From assembly GCF_033153115.1 (NCBI RefSeq), contig NW_026889803.1, positions 62,496,001 to 62,560,000 of the forward strand: a stretch of DNA of 64,000 nucleotides. Direction: 5' to 3'. Positions 12,027 through 24,253 of this stretch are shown piece by piece. Under the pieces are notes generated by a model, which saw nothing but the letters and a program-made list of their open reading frames with translations, ran no database searches and was not told the origin of the DNA. The stretch comes from Saccostrea echinata. Its lineage: Eukaryota. Made by a program: the position numbers and the translations under genes. Each line of letters starts with the position of its first letter. Position 1 is the stretch's first letter.

Positions 12027-13044
12027 TCGACAATAGAACAGCAAAATTGTACCAAAAAGAGAGAGAGAGAGAGTTTTAAAATATTTACATGTATGTATTT
12101 GATACCAAAATTTTAATAAATTGATTGCGATATAGATCTGTAAAATAGGAGAATTCATATCCATGCACAACTTTGATTAACCTACACATTTCAAGGACAT
12201 CTAATAAGCGATCTGCTAGAAGAACTCGTATTTATTTTTTTTTTTCCAGAAGTCCAACTTATTCTCAAAGGCTTACTCTATAAGGTTGGAATTCCTCAAA
12301 ATCACGTTTCAGTCTTTAAATGGTCTTTACATTTTCAGTCAACGAAAGAGAATTGAATTTATTCTATTTCTGTTGGATTCTTAAACTTCAGGAAAGTCCT
12401 TACAAAGATACATGCAGATTCAGCAAATTCTCTACCAATCCCCTATTTTTACTTCTCACAAAAATATTTTACTGCTGTGAAGGAGAAACTTAAGACGCAC
12501 TATATGCTTCAACCTATTCATAAAATTGTGTAAATCATTTAAATTATGGATTTTAAAATCTCTGATGAACTCTTGCATTTTTGAAACATTTAAAATCACT
12601 TTTTTCAAAGTCAATAACATAAAAATGCATAATTTTACAACACTTTATATAGCCATTCCTTACAATAAATAAAGATTAGGTGTTTTGATATCATAGAACA
12701 CCTTCTCCAAAGAAATGGAACTTGGGAAATTTCTTGTCTTGTGACTATTCATTATACAATTAATTTCTTTAAAAAAAAAACAGTCTGCTTCTACAAACAA
12801 GTACGCCGAGATAATTCTTAGAAATATGCCGTAGTTCCTCTTTCACAAGATCTATGTAGTCTTTAGCCGTTAGAATTTTGATGGGACATAATATCCTCCT
12901 TCATTAGCAGACCTGTATGTTTTTATAATCCTAAGAAGCAAACTATTCGAATACTACTACATGAGAACAAGAAAAATCCTGCTGTGGGCTTTCACAGGGA
13001 TATATCGATGACGTTTTATCAATTTACAATAATTACTTTCATTC

Positions 13045-14185
13045 GTATGTTGACTCGATATATCACAGTGAATTCGAAATAAAAGACAACACAGAGTCCA
13101 CAACATCTGTTTCATATTTGGGTGCTTTACCGAGACGATAATGGCCAACTAACAACTAAACTGTATGACAAACAGATGACGTCAACTTTTCCATGAAAAT
13201 TGAAGACAACGAACAGTAATCATGTTGAAGGATTTAATAAAACAATACACATTGTCAGCAAACTATTACAACATCAGAGGTGGGATCAGATGCCATGAAG
13301 GAGTAAGCTTTCCCTGTCAAGATATCACACCCGCAATGTGTCCTTTGTCATGATCATGTAAATAGAGAAATACGCAGCCAATTCAGTATGAAAAAATGGC
13401 CCATCAATTTGTATGAAAGACGTTAGTCAACCGACCTAACGACAGAATGATTTTGTAAACAGTCATTGTATCGACCATAGAATTTGCAAAATGTTGACTG
13501 CACATGAGATCATTGATACCCTTATATCATCAACTTATTTGTTCGTACATATAACATGCTCTTGTGTATCGAATCACCAGGCAGACACAAACCCAATAAA
13601 AGCAAGTTTGTAGATGAAAATGAGAACATTTGCTTGCTTCACTCTTATTAAAGAAGCAGTTGTCTATGATGTCAAATAGTCTGGATTTTTTATCTATCAT
13701 GGGGACTGGTTGTTAAAAGTGTTGAAAAATCAACATTTCTTATTTATTTACTATCATTCCACTATCACCTTCTTAATGTGTTTATGTATCCAAATGTATT
13801 CGATACGCAACAGCATGCTCTGAGAGGAAGGGTACTGGCAAATAAGTAGATCTTCCATGAATTTCAACAACCTCGATTAAAGTCAGAATTCGCAAATTTT
13901 ATATGGGCGTTATAATGTCATAGTTTGCAAATACAATCTATCATTAGGTTATATTATTGCTTGCATTTTTTCATACCCATTGTTAGGCTATTGTTTAGTA
14001 CTAAAATACTCCGTCTACCGGATCAATACATAGAGCTCGTGGCGGGTGTGACTGATCGACAGGGAATGCTTACTACTCATAGGCATCTGATTCTGAGTTT
14101 CCAGGGGTCTGTGTTTTATGTCTTGTTCACAAATTTGTATTTTTTTGATAATTTTGAGGTCATTCACTGTTATTTCCACCTTTTT
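13045..14185. mobile_element. Cluster of Penelope-like (Naiad-type) fragments in +/-/+ arrangement
   Basis: 13045-13195 (+) is an RT piece (EIKD.TES.TSVSYL..LTTKLYDK). 13197-13760 (-) is a 3' end plus an internally deleted RT. 13790-14185 (+) is a 3' end with the conserved motif. Confidence 0.75.
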
Positions 14186-15500
14186 TTTTTCATTTTGGTT
14201 GAAAATTACGTATACCGGTATATTTTGTAAAGAAAATTCAGTCGGTTGATCTAACCTGTGCCTCAACCTATAAACTATCGTGAAAAGGGCTACTTCTTTT
14301 TCAATTATTTCAATTCATAGAGAAAGATTACCAAATATCAGATATACACTAGTAGTATTTTAACTAGACCGTATGCCCTTGTCATTTCTGATTTCATTTC
14401 ATGTATTTTGATAGTCGTAGGACATCAAAAATTTTTGTATAATGAATTAATGAAAAGTAAACGAAAAAGGGTTGAAATTATTGAATAACCATACCAAATT
14501 AGGTGTCATGTTTTTTAACTGTGGGGTGCATTAGGTATGGGGAGTCTTAATAACATACAAGGGCTAAAGCTGTGGTGTAAAATTAAAGTAGCTCTCAATT
14601 CTCAGGCTGGGTATAGTATCCACTAAGTACGAATCTGATTATATTTCCCCTTTTTTGTTAAGTTTTGTAGATTGCCCTTTCACTGGTATATAAAAATACT
14701 AGTATTGTCTATGGTGAATATACATGTATGTGAAACGTTCGCTATATATAAGTGAAAAATGGTACAATATTGATTGCATATTAATTAAAGCTTTCTTTTT
14801 TGCGGATTAGAAATGAAATAAAATAAAATGATTTTGCCATAGATCTTTAGAAAATTCGAAACCTTCCTTTCTTAAGTGCTACTTGTTTAGTATGAATTGA
14901 CCATTTCGAACTGAACATGTATCAGTTTTTATGTTAATCTCAAGAATGAAAATATATTCAGTGAACAGCTTAGTAGAAAGAAAATTCAGTTTAAGTTTGT
15001 TTTTGGGGGTGGGTGGGGAGTTGGGACTGCAATTAAACAAGAGTTCGTTGACAAGCAAAAAGACCAAAGATAGGTCAACAGAGTGGCGTTCTTTAGCTCT
15101 GTTTCCTATTCGTATGTATTGAAGGAAACAGTCACCCCGCGCCCCCCCCCCCCCTTCACTTGGTTCCTACGGACATGGTGGAATTTAAATATATACATAC
15201 GTTATATATATGAGTAATTTTTGAATCAATTAATCATAGCTGTAAACGTCAATTTAATTTATATGTGTTTTTATGCTGTTGAATTTTGACCCGGTTTTAT
15301 GATCAAATTTCAACGATCCGGCTGAATTTTCAGCCGGATCGTTGGGTCTGAATTCAACGCTGATGGTCTCAATATTCAACGTTGGAAAAAGACCCCCCGG
15401 GTCAGTTTTCAACACGGGTCAAAATTCAACGTTACACCGGGGCTTCAAACCATCTATAAAAATGAATCCGATGACGTTATGACTCATTATATTTCAGAAA

Positions 15501-18500
15501 TTAATCAATTCTGTTGTTTCGTTTTCTATTTGTTGACATCCATATTCTGAGTTTTTTATCGTCTGCAACACTAGCTAAGACTTCCTGGTCACGTGGGTGG
15601 AAGGCAACAGCACTCACACCAGTGTGATGGTATAACCTGGAAACGATTTCATGCGAGTGACGATCCCATAAGAAAACAACATCCGGCTCGGATTCACTGA
15701 GAAGGAAACAAAATAACATGAAAACATAAAATCATACAAACAATTGTAAACATAAGATTGCAATATGAATTTTATCAATGTATACTATAGGCTTTAACCA
15801 ATGACTGTAAAATTAATACTTTGCAACGAGGTCATCAGACACACTAGGAAAGAAGTAAGATATTGTTAATGAATCGTCTGCAGGTTTGGGGTCACAAAAT
15901 AGGTCCGGCTGTTCTTCGGTGTTTTCCAGGCTGATAACCATGGTAACGACATCCTTCTCGTGTGTGACATAGCTTCCATCAGTTGAAAGTCGTCTCAAAT
16001 TGTATACCACATACCTTTCAACATTGATGAAGCCACATAACTTTGAATGTTTTAATTTTGAATTACATTATAGACAACTTAGTATAACTTTGACAAAATT
16101 AGGATTGACCAAAGATGATTACCCGATAGCATTTCCAAAACCTTAATTATAACTTATACTTCTAAGAAAAATCTCATTTAATTAATATTTCGAAGAATTC
16201 CTCCTACAAATAATTTTATATCCAAAATGTTTGAACGTGAGTGATGGATAAGAGGCACATTTGATTTTATCAATAAGTTCGAAATAGAGCCCTATATTTT
16301 AAAAAATAAGTTCGAAATAGAGCCCTATATTTAAAAAAAACCACACTTACTCAGTATGTCATAACATGTAGTTACCTGTGATTAGCTGACAGCTGAACTC
16401 CTAGACACGCACTATTTGTTAAAACAGTTTTGATTGGCTCCATCAGCAAGGTTTCTAACGAATCTAAGCTAACTTTATAGAAGACTGCTCCATTTCCACC
16501 AGATTGATATAGTCTCTGTATGTAGAGCGCTATAACCTTCACGTCTGTGGTAGAGCTGGCTTTTGGTTCATTTGAAAAACCCTGATTCCACTCTGACCAA
16601 TCTATGACTTTAACAAAATCAGGATCGATCCCCACTTGCTCCATTTTCAAAAGTTTTTTAGTATCTACATTTTGTTTTGAGAAATAGTCCGGGATACGGA
16701 GATCCGATGAGAGACAGTCATCTTCATCCAAGATGCCTTCGTAAAACTTAAATGGAATGCCATATTAAAAAGTTTGAAAATGTCATCCTTCGTGAACATG
16801 AATTCATTCAAAAATGAATCCCATGCACTTAAACAACAGTTACAGTGCAAAAAAAGTCTCACCTTGCAAGCGATTAATTCCACATCATACGGAGGGAAAA
16901 GATCGGATTTATATACATTCAAGAATGTCTCATTGTTCAGCCAAGTTCCTCTGAAATGACGTACTCCGGAATATCTGGCTGCCACGATATACATCGCTTC
17001 TAAAGGGAAAAGAGGCAAACATATAAATATTATACTACTGATGTGTACCGATATTGTTATAATGATGTTTTAGAGTACTGAATGTATCGGTATTCCAGTG
17101 ATATTTATGGTATGAAGCAAGGGACGAACCGATATTCATTTGATAGTTTTGCTTTTGAGTATTAGCTGAACCGGCAATTTTATATTAATCATGGTATAAA
17201 TTTTGAATTTACTAGATAAAGTAAATGCAAAATTTACACGATATATTTACGAGATATAATTCGGAGCATTGGATGTACCGATATTCTTATGATGTTAAGG
17301 TATGGAGTATTACATATTCTGATATTCTTATGATGTTAAGGTATGGAGTATTGCATATTCTGATATTCTTATGATGTTATGGTATGGAGTATTACATATT
17401 CTGATATTCTTATGATGCTATGGTTTAAATTATTGGGTGTACCGATGTTCTTATGATGATATGGTTAAGAGTGTTGAATGTACCGACATTCTTACGATAT
17501 TATGAATCAGAGCATTGCATATACCAATACTCTTTTGATGAAATGTGAAAATAACGAACAGGGATTCTCGAAAGTCCATATACACAATACAAATTATAGC
17601 AAACACGGCCCTCTGAAAATAGAGTTAGGATCAGGTGCCATGGAACAGTAAGTATCTCCTCTCGACCGGCCACACCCGCAGTGTGCGTCTTGTCATGATC
17701 GAATAAACAGAAAAATGTGTAAAAATAATGGCCTAACAATTTGTATTAAAGACGACAGTCAACATTTGACTTAATGAAAGATGATATTTGCAAACAAGAT
17801 CATTGTATTGACCATAAAATTTGCAAAATGTTGACTTTAAACATTATTGACACCCTTGTGTCATCAACTTGCTTGTCAATAGTCTGCCTCGTTTTTAGAA
17901 ATTGTTCTTACATAGAGCATGCTCTTGCGTGTCGAATCAATGAGAAACTCGAGCATCTTTTTAATATATACCTCGTGAATACTTTCGAGTAGAATCAGAA
18001 TGTTTTTTAAACAAAATAAGTTTGCAGAAAACCAATGACAAGGTTTGTGAATTTACGAGTTCCATTTTTATTTAAGAAGCAGTTTTCTATGATGTCGAAA
18101 GTCTGGTTTTTAATTTATCGTGGGGAATAGTTGCATAAAGTGTTGAAAAGTCGTACGTTTTGGTGCTATGAATTTTGGTAAAATTTTGTGATTTCAAATT
18201 TTCTAAACGTTCTTTGGATCCACATCTGATAACCACCACTTCTCTAATATATTGTTGAACAGTACACCTTAAGTTTCGGTAGGTAGTATTGGATGTACCA
18301 ATATTTTTAAGATGTTATTGTATAGAGTATTGCCTGTAACGATACTATTCGCCTTCGCTAGCCAATGTCAGGGGATATACGAATTGGGCACTTGGCTAGC
18401 GAAGACGGATACTCTTACGATGTTATGGTTAGGGCTGTGTATTGAGCAAAATATTTCGATACGATATGATATTTTATAAAGCGATAGGCGATATATTGGA

Positions 18501-21478
18501 TTATTTATTAAGTCTTTCAAAAATGTCTTGTAAATGACATTTAATGCATAAATTTGATAAAAACTGGGTGAGTCTAAATTAACATGTTAAAATATAGTTA
18601 TCTGCGTATTTTGTAATAGTTATTTCAGATGTGCTATCTCCTTAATGTTTATTTCATTATTGACCGGTTTTAATTCAAAACAGTTAAAAATAATATTAGG
18701 TAACTGAAATTCCCAACTTTTTTTTATAGAATTATAAGGAAAACTGCCTGTGCGATACGTATTGGAAGTTATTTTTTCGATACGATACATTCCTGAATAT
18801 CGATACGTATTGAATATTCGATATATTGACACAGCCCTAGTTATGGTACAGAGTATTACATGCACCGATATTCTTTTCTTGGTTTATCTCAATATCAATG
18901 ATGAAACTATTGGTCTCCGGTAGTGAAATAATGCCCCTGACATACAATGAGCAAGGTGAAATGTTGAACCCCCTACACTACATCATAATTGGTAATAAAA
19001 ATTTTCAAAAACATAATAACTGAGACTATAAGACATACTGTTTTACCCCTTTCGATGGAAAGCACAGCTACAGCACTTTGAAAGTCGATGTTTCTGCCGG
19101 TAGAGTGGACAAGAAGATGTGTTTCTGCATCGTTAAACTCAACGTAATTCACATAACCATCTTCATTTGTAATTTTCTTAGAGTGAAGCAATACTGTATC
19201 AATCCCATATTTCCAAATCTGCAAAATATCGCGATTAAAAAAGCTGAGATATTGAAACCAAAGCCTCGATCTCGATCAAGTAATCGCTAATTAAATACTT
19301 TTATTAATGAAACTGAAAAATATAAAAGATTTAAGTTTAAATTACAAATAAAGACAGCAGAACGCCTACACTTACATTTACAATACCGTCTGCACCACAT
19401 GTAGCAATAAGACATCCACTGTTTGAAAAGCAGACGTTGTAGACCTCGTCCACGTGACCTGTGCATGTTTGGTGCAGATGCACTGGAACGTGACAAGTTA
19501 GACGTTTTAGCTCCAACTTCCAACTATCTTCCTTGCGCAGGTACTGACGTCCAAGTCTTTTGAAAGTCAGATTTTTCCACAAACTTTCATCATGAGCAAC
19601 TCGATACCAATTCTAAAACAAAAACGCATAACGAAAAATTAACGAAAAATTTTGACCCGATAATTCATTTTTTCAAAATTGAATACCGAGACCAACGATG
19701 TGGAATTTAGACCCTAGCCCGTTGAAAATTGAGACGTATCGTGGAATTTCGATCATCAAACGGGATCTAAATTCAACAGCATTAAAACAAATCATAATGA
19801 ATTGATGTTCACAATTATCATTTATTTGTTTAAAAATTATATACTTTTGGATTTATACATGTATTTTGCTTAATTATTTTCTTTAGATTCAGGGTTCGAA
19901 ATTCACTATATAGAACTCGCAAAACGCGAGTTAGAATTCCCAAATTGCGAGTTAAAAATTAGGTAACTCGCAAAAACTTGCGAGTTGATTTTTTTGCATT
20001 GATACTGTAGCAGAATTATATAATATGACAGAACACAATGCTTTTGATTTAAATCAGTAATTTAACTAAAAGTCACACTGTAGTTGTATTTTGTGTATTG
20101 TACAGTAGTTACTTTTTCCTTAAGTTACATGTATTTAATTTATATAAATTTAACTTTATATGAAAATTGCGAGTAGTCTTATAAAATTCCGAGTTCACTT
20201 TCTTGGTACTCGCAATTATTTGCGAGTTGTAATTTTAGGGAGTTTCTAACCCTGAGATTAATATGAACATTTTTCTGTCTGACAATACTTTAAATAATTT
20301 GAAAAAGACATGCTGGATGGATCCCTTGTAGATAACTATGGAGACGAGAAAAACAGATATTTGGAGAAACCATATTTGTCAAATGTATAAAATAAATAAA
20401 TAAGCATATTAAGACATTCCTGGAATGATTATTATTACTTCAGAAATTGATCCAAACATATTCGACGTACATCTTGTGCGATCATGGTGATTTCGAAATC
20501 AAAACTTTTCTCAGTCCTAAGACAGTGCAAGCCGACAAGTTTTTTTAAATTGTAGGACTATATACTAGTATCATTAGCTACATTTCCCTGAATTTCATGT
20601 TCATCTCTAGACTACATACTTCGTGCCTTGATCATGACAGGAAGACAGGAAGTAGAACGAAGTATGAGAAATAAATAATTAGTACTAAATGCATGTAACA
20701 TAAATTCATCGCCAGACCAGAAAAGATTTTTTTTATGTGAAGCATCGTACATTGAATCCTTCTGCTTTATATACAAATCTCTTTGCTATGCATTATTTTA
20801 CATGCCTCTCGGGGACCCTTCTGTATCAACCTCCAGACTGAACACAGGTTAAAACTGAAGTTAGGATCAATACACAACAGGGTCAATTTGTTGGGGTCAT
20901 AAGTTCCAAGAAAAAAATGACCCCGTGTATAAATATCACGACTTTTCGTCTCAATTTCCAACGGAGAGAAAGAATACCCCCAGTTCAATAATGATTCCAG
21001 TTAGTTTTCAATCCAGTAACGATCTAGGATTTTTTTTTATATCAAAACTGGTTATTAAATAGGCATTCTTAGTACTAAACAAGATTAATAAAGATGCAAA
21101 TTGTCAACCACTATGTATATACAAGTACTCCTCAGTACAAATAATCAAGTTTTTAATAAAATTTATGACCTGACATCATTCAACTCCTAATTATAACGAT
21201 TAAATTTGAGAAGGGACGTACCTTTGCTTTATATTTATATGAATAACAAATGCCTGGCATATAAACTATTTTCACGACCATAACAAGAGTGATATAAGAA
21301 CAAGAAAGTTACAGATCCAACTGATAGTATTTATCGTCATGTTTTCTTTGGTGTGTACACAATGTAAAAATGATCTTACCTTGCAAGTTCTGGCAGCATT
21401 ATTTAATTCTTGTACATTTAGAAAGGAGAAAAATGTCAATAAAATTGGATCCGTCAGGTCTTTCCACGGGTCTTCCAT
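15501..21478 (-). CDS. FBXW5: F-box/WD40-repeat protein, FBXW5-like; exons complement(15501-15696,15820-16014,16376-16746,16863-16999,19047-19218,19376-19612,21380-21478), ~468 aa
   Basis: F-box WKDLTDPILLTFFSFL..ARTCK/NWYRVAHDESLWK; WD repeat GHVDEVYNVCFS..G.LIATCGAD; FBXW5-like blocks LSANHRYVVYN and FLWDRH...VAFHPRDQEVLASVADD..LRIW. All introns are GT-AG, phases are compatible and the total is 1407 nt. It may be a divergent paralog. Confidence 0.8.
16276..16340. repeat. Short tandem duplication (~34 bp x2)
   Basis: ATAAGTTCGAAATAGAGCCCTATATTT occurs twice. Confidence 0.8.
17540..18240 (-). mobile_element. Penelope-like (Naiad-type) copy with internal deletion
   Basis: 3' motif at 17621-17680. 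The thumb region is joined at ~17940 directly to an upstream RT region (..TYDFSTL..TIPHDKLKTRL..NCFLNKNG..). Confidence 0.75.
18352..18406. mobile_element. ~55-bp mini inverted-repeat element
   Basis: CTTCGCTAGCCAA...TTGGCTAGCGAAGAC inserted in the 41-bp minisatellite. Confidence 0.6.
18430..18839. mobile_element. hAT-type MITE
   Basis: TIR TAGGGCTGTGT/ACACAGCCCTA, perfect 8-bp TSD GTTATGGT, CGATA subterminal repeats. Confidence 0.9.
19645..21015. mobile_element. Degenerate relative of the 11275-15436 element in FBXW5-like intron 1
   Basis: 20918-20980 is the reverse complement of 11345-11400 (CCGTTGAAAATTGAGACGAAAAGTCGTG); related forward motifs occur at 19650-19790. Confidence 0.55.
19890..20254. 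mobile_element. CAGGG-ended MITE with 5-bp TSD
   Basis: TIR CAGGGTTCGAAA/TTTCTAACCCTG, TSD AGATT, internal GCGAGT repeats. Confidence 0.85.
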
Positions 21479-21881
21479 TTCACTTGGAATCAAAGAAAGA
21501 TAACTCTAATTATGAATAAAAACAACAAATAGCAACCAAAACAAACCTAAATTGTGTAAAAAGAAAAAAAAGAAAGGAAACACAGTATAACGTTTACTCT
21601 TACTCGACTAACTTCCATCCTGATTCATTTGCCTGTCCTAATATGTGGTTATATTTTGCATTTTGAAAGCTTTAGCTTTTCCGTGGACAACGTTCGGTGG
21701 CTATAAATAATTAGATCTCGCTTTGAAACGACTTCCTGTGACAAGTTAAACAAATATTAACAAGAGGCCCAAGGGCCTTAACGGTCACCTGAGAACAACA
21801 ATTTAGAGGTAAATGAAGCTTTGTTGCCCACAAGCAAGAAAAATAGTATGATTAAGACCAAAATAATTGCATGATCTAGTA

Positions 21882-22235
21882 CAGGGCTAGAAATAATCAT
21901 TTTTTTCACTGGCCACTCGGGCTATCACTTAAATTTTTTACTGGTCAACTTAGTATTTTCACTGTCCCATTGGGCCAGTAGATTTTTAAAAGATTGGCCC
22001 AAAACCATAATAATAATAGTAATATTTTGTTTATATTGTGATACTTCACAGTAACAACTTAATGACAGAAATTGGACACACAACCCTGTCAAGTTAACTA
22101 GCCCGACCATGAATAAATTTTGTTATGCATTAAAAAAACACTGACCCAAAGGGCACATGCACTCTACAATGTACTAGCCCAGATTCAAAATTTACTGGTC
22201 CCAGACCAGCGGGCCATCAATTATTTCGAGCCCTG
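21882..22235. mobile_element. CAGGG-ended MITE with 5-bp TSD
   Basis: TIR CAGGGCTAGAAATAA/TTATTTCGAGCCCTG, TSD TAGTA; the empty site is visible in the 6586 copy at ~6720. Confidence 0.85.
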
Positions 22236-22245
22236 TAGTATCTAA

Positions 22246-22617
22246 TAGTGATATACCGATTAATCGATTAAATCGATTATCTAATCGAAATGGCCTCCGA
22301 TTATAGGTAATCGATGATAATTTTGATAATCGATTAATCAAAATATTAATTAAAAAGCAAATTATTCCTATGATTTTTCATCCATTCTTCTCTGAATTTA
22401 ACTAAATCCTAAATAATAATATAATAAATGAATTCAATGATACAAAAATATATCAAATATCAAGTATTTAGAAATCACTCCATAATTTTTACCAATTTAT
22501 TCTTAATTGAAAAATGAACAAATTTAATACTTGAAATCCATCGATTATTTATCGATTATAGTGCATCCGATTATTCCAATAATCGATTATGTAAAAAATT
22601 CCGATTTCGCATCACTA
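22246..22617. mobile_element. hAT-type MITE
   Basis: TIR TAGTGAT/ATCACTA, 8-bp TSD GTATCTAA/GTATCTAT, many TAATCGATTA subterminal motifs. Confidence 0.85.
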
Positions 22618-24030
22618 GTATCTATCTATCTTTCCCCCATTTATTACCATGCAGACTTTTAACAAAATATCTATGTTTTAACCTCATATTATTACCTCTC
22701 ACATTGGCCTCGATTGGCCTTTGAAGAACATTTAAAAAGATAAGTTATTTTTGTTTCACTTTTATTGATCTATTATTTCCAAGTCTACCTGATCATTAAA
22801 ACTATGAAAGTACTTTTTGTATTATACAATAAATGTTCTTAAATAAATCTCTTATTCTATTAACCTTTCAAATACATTATCTACAGTGATTAATTATCAA
22901 AGGTGAATGGCAAGGAGGAATAACTTCACTCAGTAGAATACAAATTAATAGAGTCCTTGCCAGACCAGATCACTTGACTAAATGGTCCAGATGTTCAAAA
23001 TTCTGATAAAAATAGCCTTGCTTATTAAAACTTTTACTCTATTTGCCTCCAATATGCCAAGGAGCAGAGAAGATTTTCGAAGAAATAATGCATTTTCACA
23101 ATAGATTTAACACTAGCCCTACCCTAACACCAGAACCCATGACCCAGGGTCTTGAAATTTAAGATTTGGAAGAGGTACCCTCATCATCATAACTATGCAA
23201 TTAGTTGAAGATTTTCGAAGAATTCACACATTTTCACTATATTATCAATAGAGCCCCCCCCCCCCCCCTTCAGAGAAACAACAGAACTCCTGGGATCAAA
23301 AGTTTTAAAAATTTTGTAAAACCATCCTCGCTCATCATAACTATACACTTGTTTCTTTTCTTTATAACCAGGAGTGAAAAAATATTTTGAAAGATATTAT
23401 GAATTTTCACTACATAATCAATAGAGCCCCCACCCTTTCACCAGAACCCCTGACCCTTTCACAATTTCGGAAGAGGCATTCTTGCTTATCATAACCATGC
23501 ACCTCCTTTGTTTAAATATACCCAGGAGCAGAGAAGAAGATTTTCACTATATGATCTATAAAGCCCCACCCTAGCATCAGAACCTCTGACCCTGGGGCCA
23601 TAAATTTCACAATTTTGGTAGAGGGCTTAAATAAATGCTTATTACAATCATGCCAACAGTTTGACTGCTTGATGTCTAGGAGTAAAGAAGATTTTTAAAG
23701 ATTGCATTAATTTTGTTGGTTTTAGCCCCACCCCTCAGGCCCCAGGGGGGCAGGTACCATGAAGTTCACAATTCTTGTTCTCCTTCAACCGTCGATGCTA
23801 TATGCCAAAATTGGTTGAGAGGTTTTAGAAAAGAAGCTGAAAATGTTCAAATGTTAACGCACGACGACAGACAAAAACGGATAGCAATAGGTCAATTGAG
23901 TGACTCAGGTGACCTAAAATGCAATCAAATTATGATAAAAGCCAACATGTAATATTGAAACTTTCTTCATACCTAAAGCTTATTAAATTTGAATAAAATT
24001 TGAAAATGTCTGTGTTTTTTTAAATTACAA

Positions 24031-24253
24031 CATGGCCGTAGGAATCTGGGGGGGGGGGCGTGCCCCCCCCCAATAATTTTGCCGATATATAGAATACTAT
24101 AGAAAACATAACTACTATATGCTTGTGCCCCCTCAATAATAACGTCTGATGACCTTTTTTTTTGCTTGTCAAGGAATTTTGGTAGTTGATAGTGCCCCCA
24201 ACTGAAAATGTATGGTTGTGCCCCTCAAAGTGAAATTGCTTCCTACGGGCCTG
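24031..24253. mobile_element. MITE (hAT-like ends)
   Basis: CATGGCCGTAGGA...TCCTACGGGCCTG, internal TGCCCC repeats, imperfect flanks TTACAA/TTACAT. Confidence 0.65.

Larger units (their letters stand above)
11275..15436. mobile_element. Ginger1-like element (~4.2 kb) with long TIRs and CCGG TSD
   Basis: CCGG-TGTAACGT...TTGAAAATTGACCCGGGG...CAACGTTGAATATTGAG is inverted to CTCAATATTCAACGTTG...CCCGGGTCAGTTTTCAA...ACGTTACA-CCGG (15437-15440). It is inserted in the CCGG of a SINE. Confidence 0.75.
17030..18875. repeat. Intronic ~41-bp minisatellite interrupted by several TE insertions
   Basis: Unit GATATTCTTATGATGTTAAGGTATGGAGTATTACATATTCT is clearest at 17280-17525. Degenerate units resume at ~18285-18430 and 18840-18875. 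Confidence 0.8.
21760..23916. mobile_element. Second copy of the 6586-8421 Helentron-type element, carrying two extra MITEs
   Basis: Same ends (ACAAGAGGCCCAAGGGCCTTAACGGTCACCTGAG ... GAGTGACTCAGGTGACCT) and a colinear body. Confidence 0.9.

Noticed and set aside
16665-16862. Apparent frameshift in the FBXW5-like gene
   Set aside because: Using the acceptor CCATTTAAG| at 16747 gives an in-frame join (IACK|FYEGILDEDD), so no frameshift is needed.
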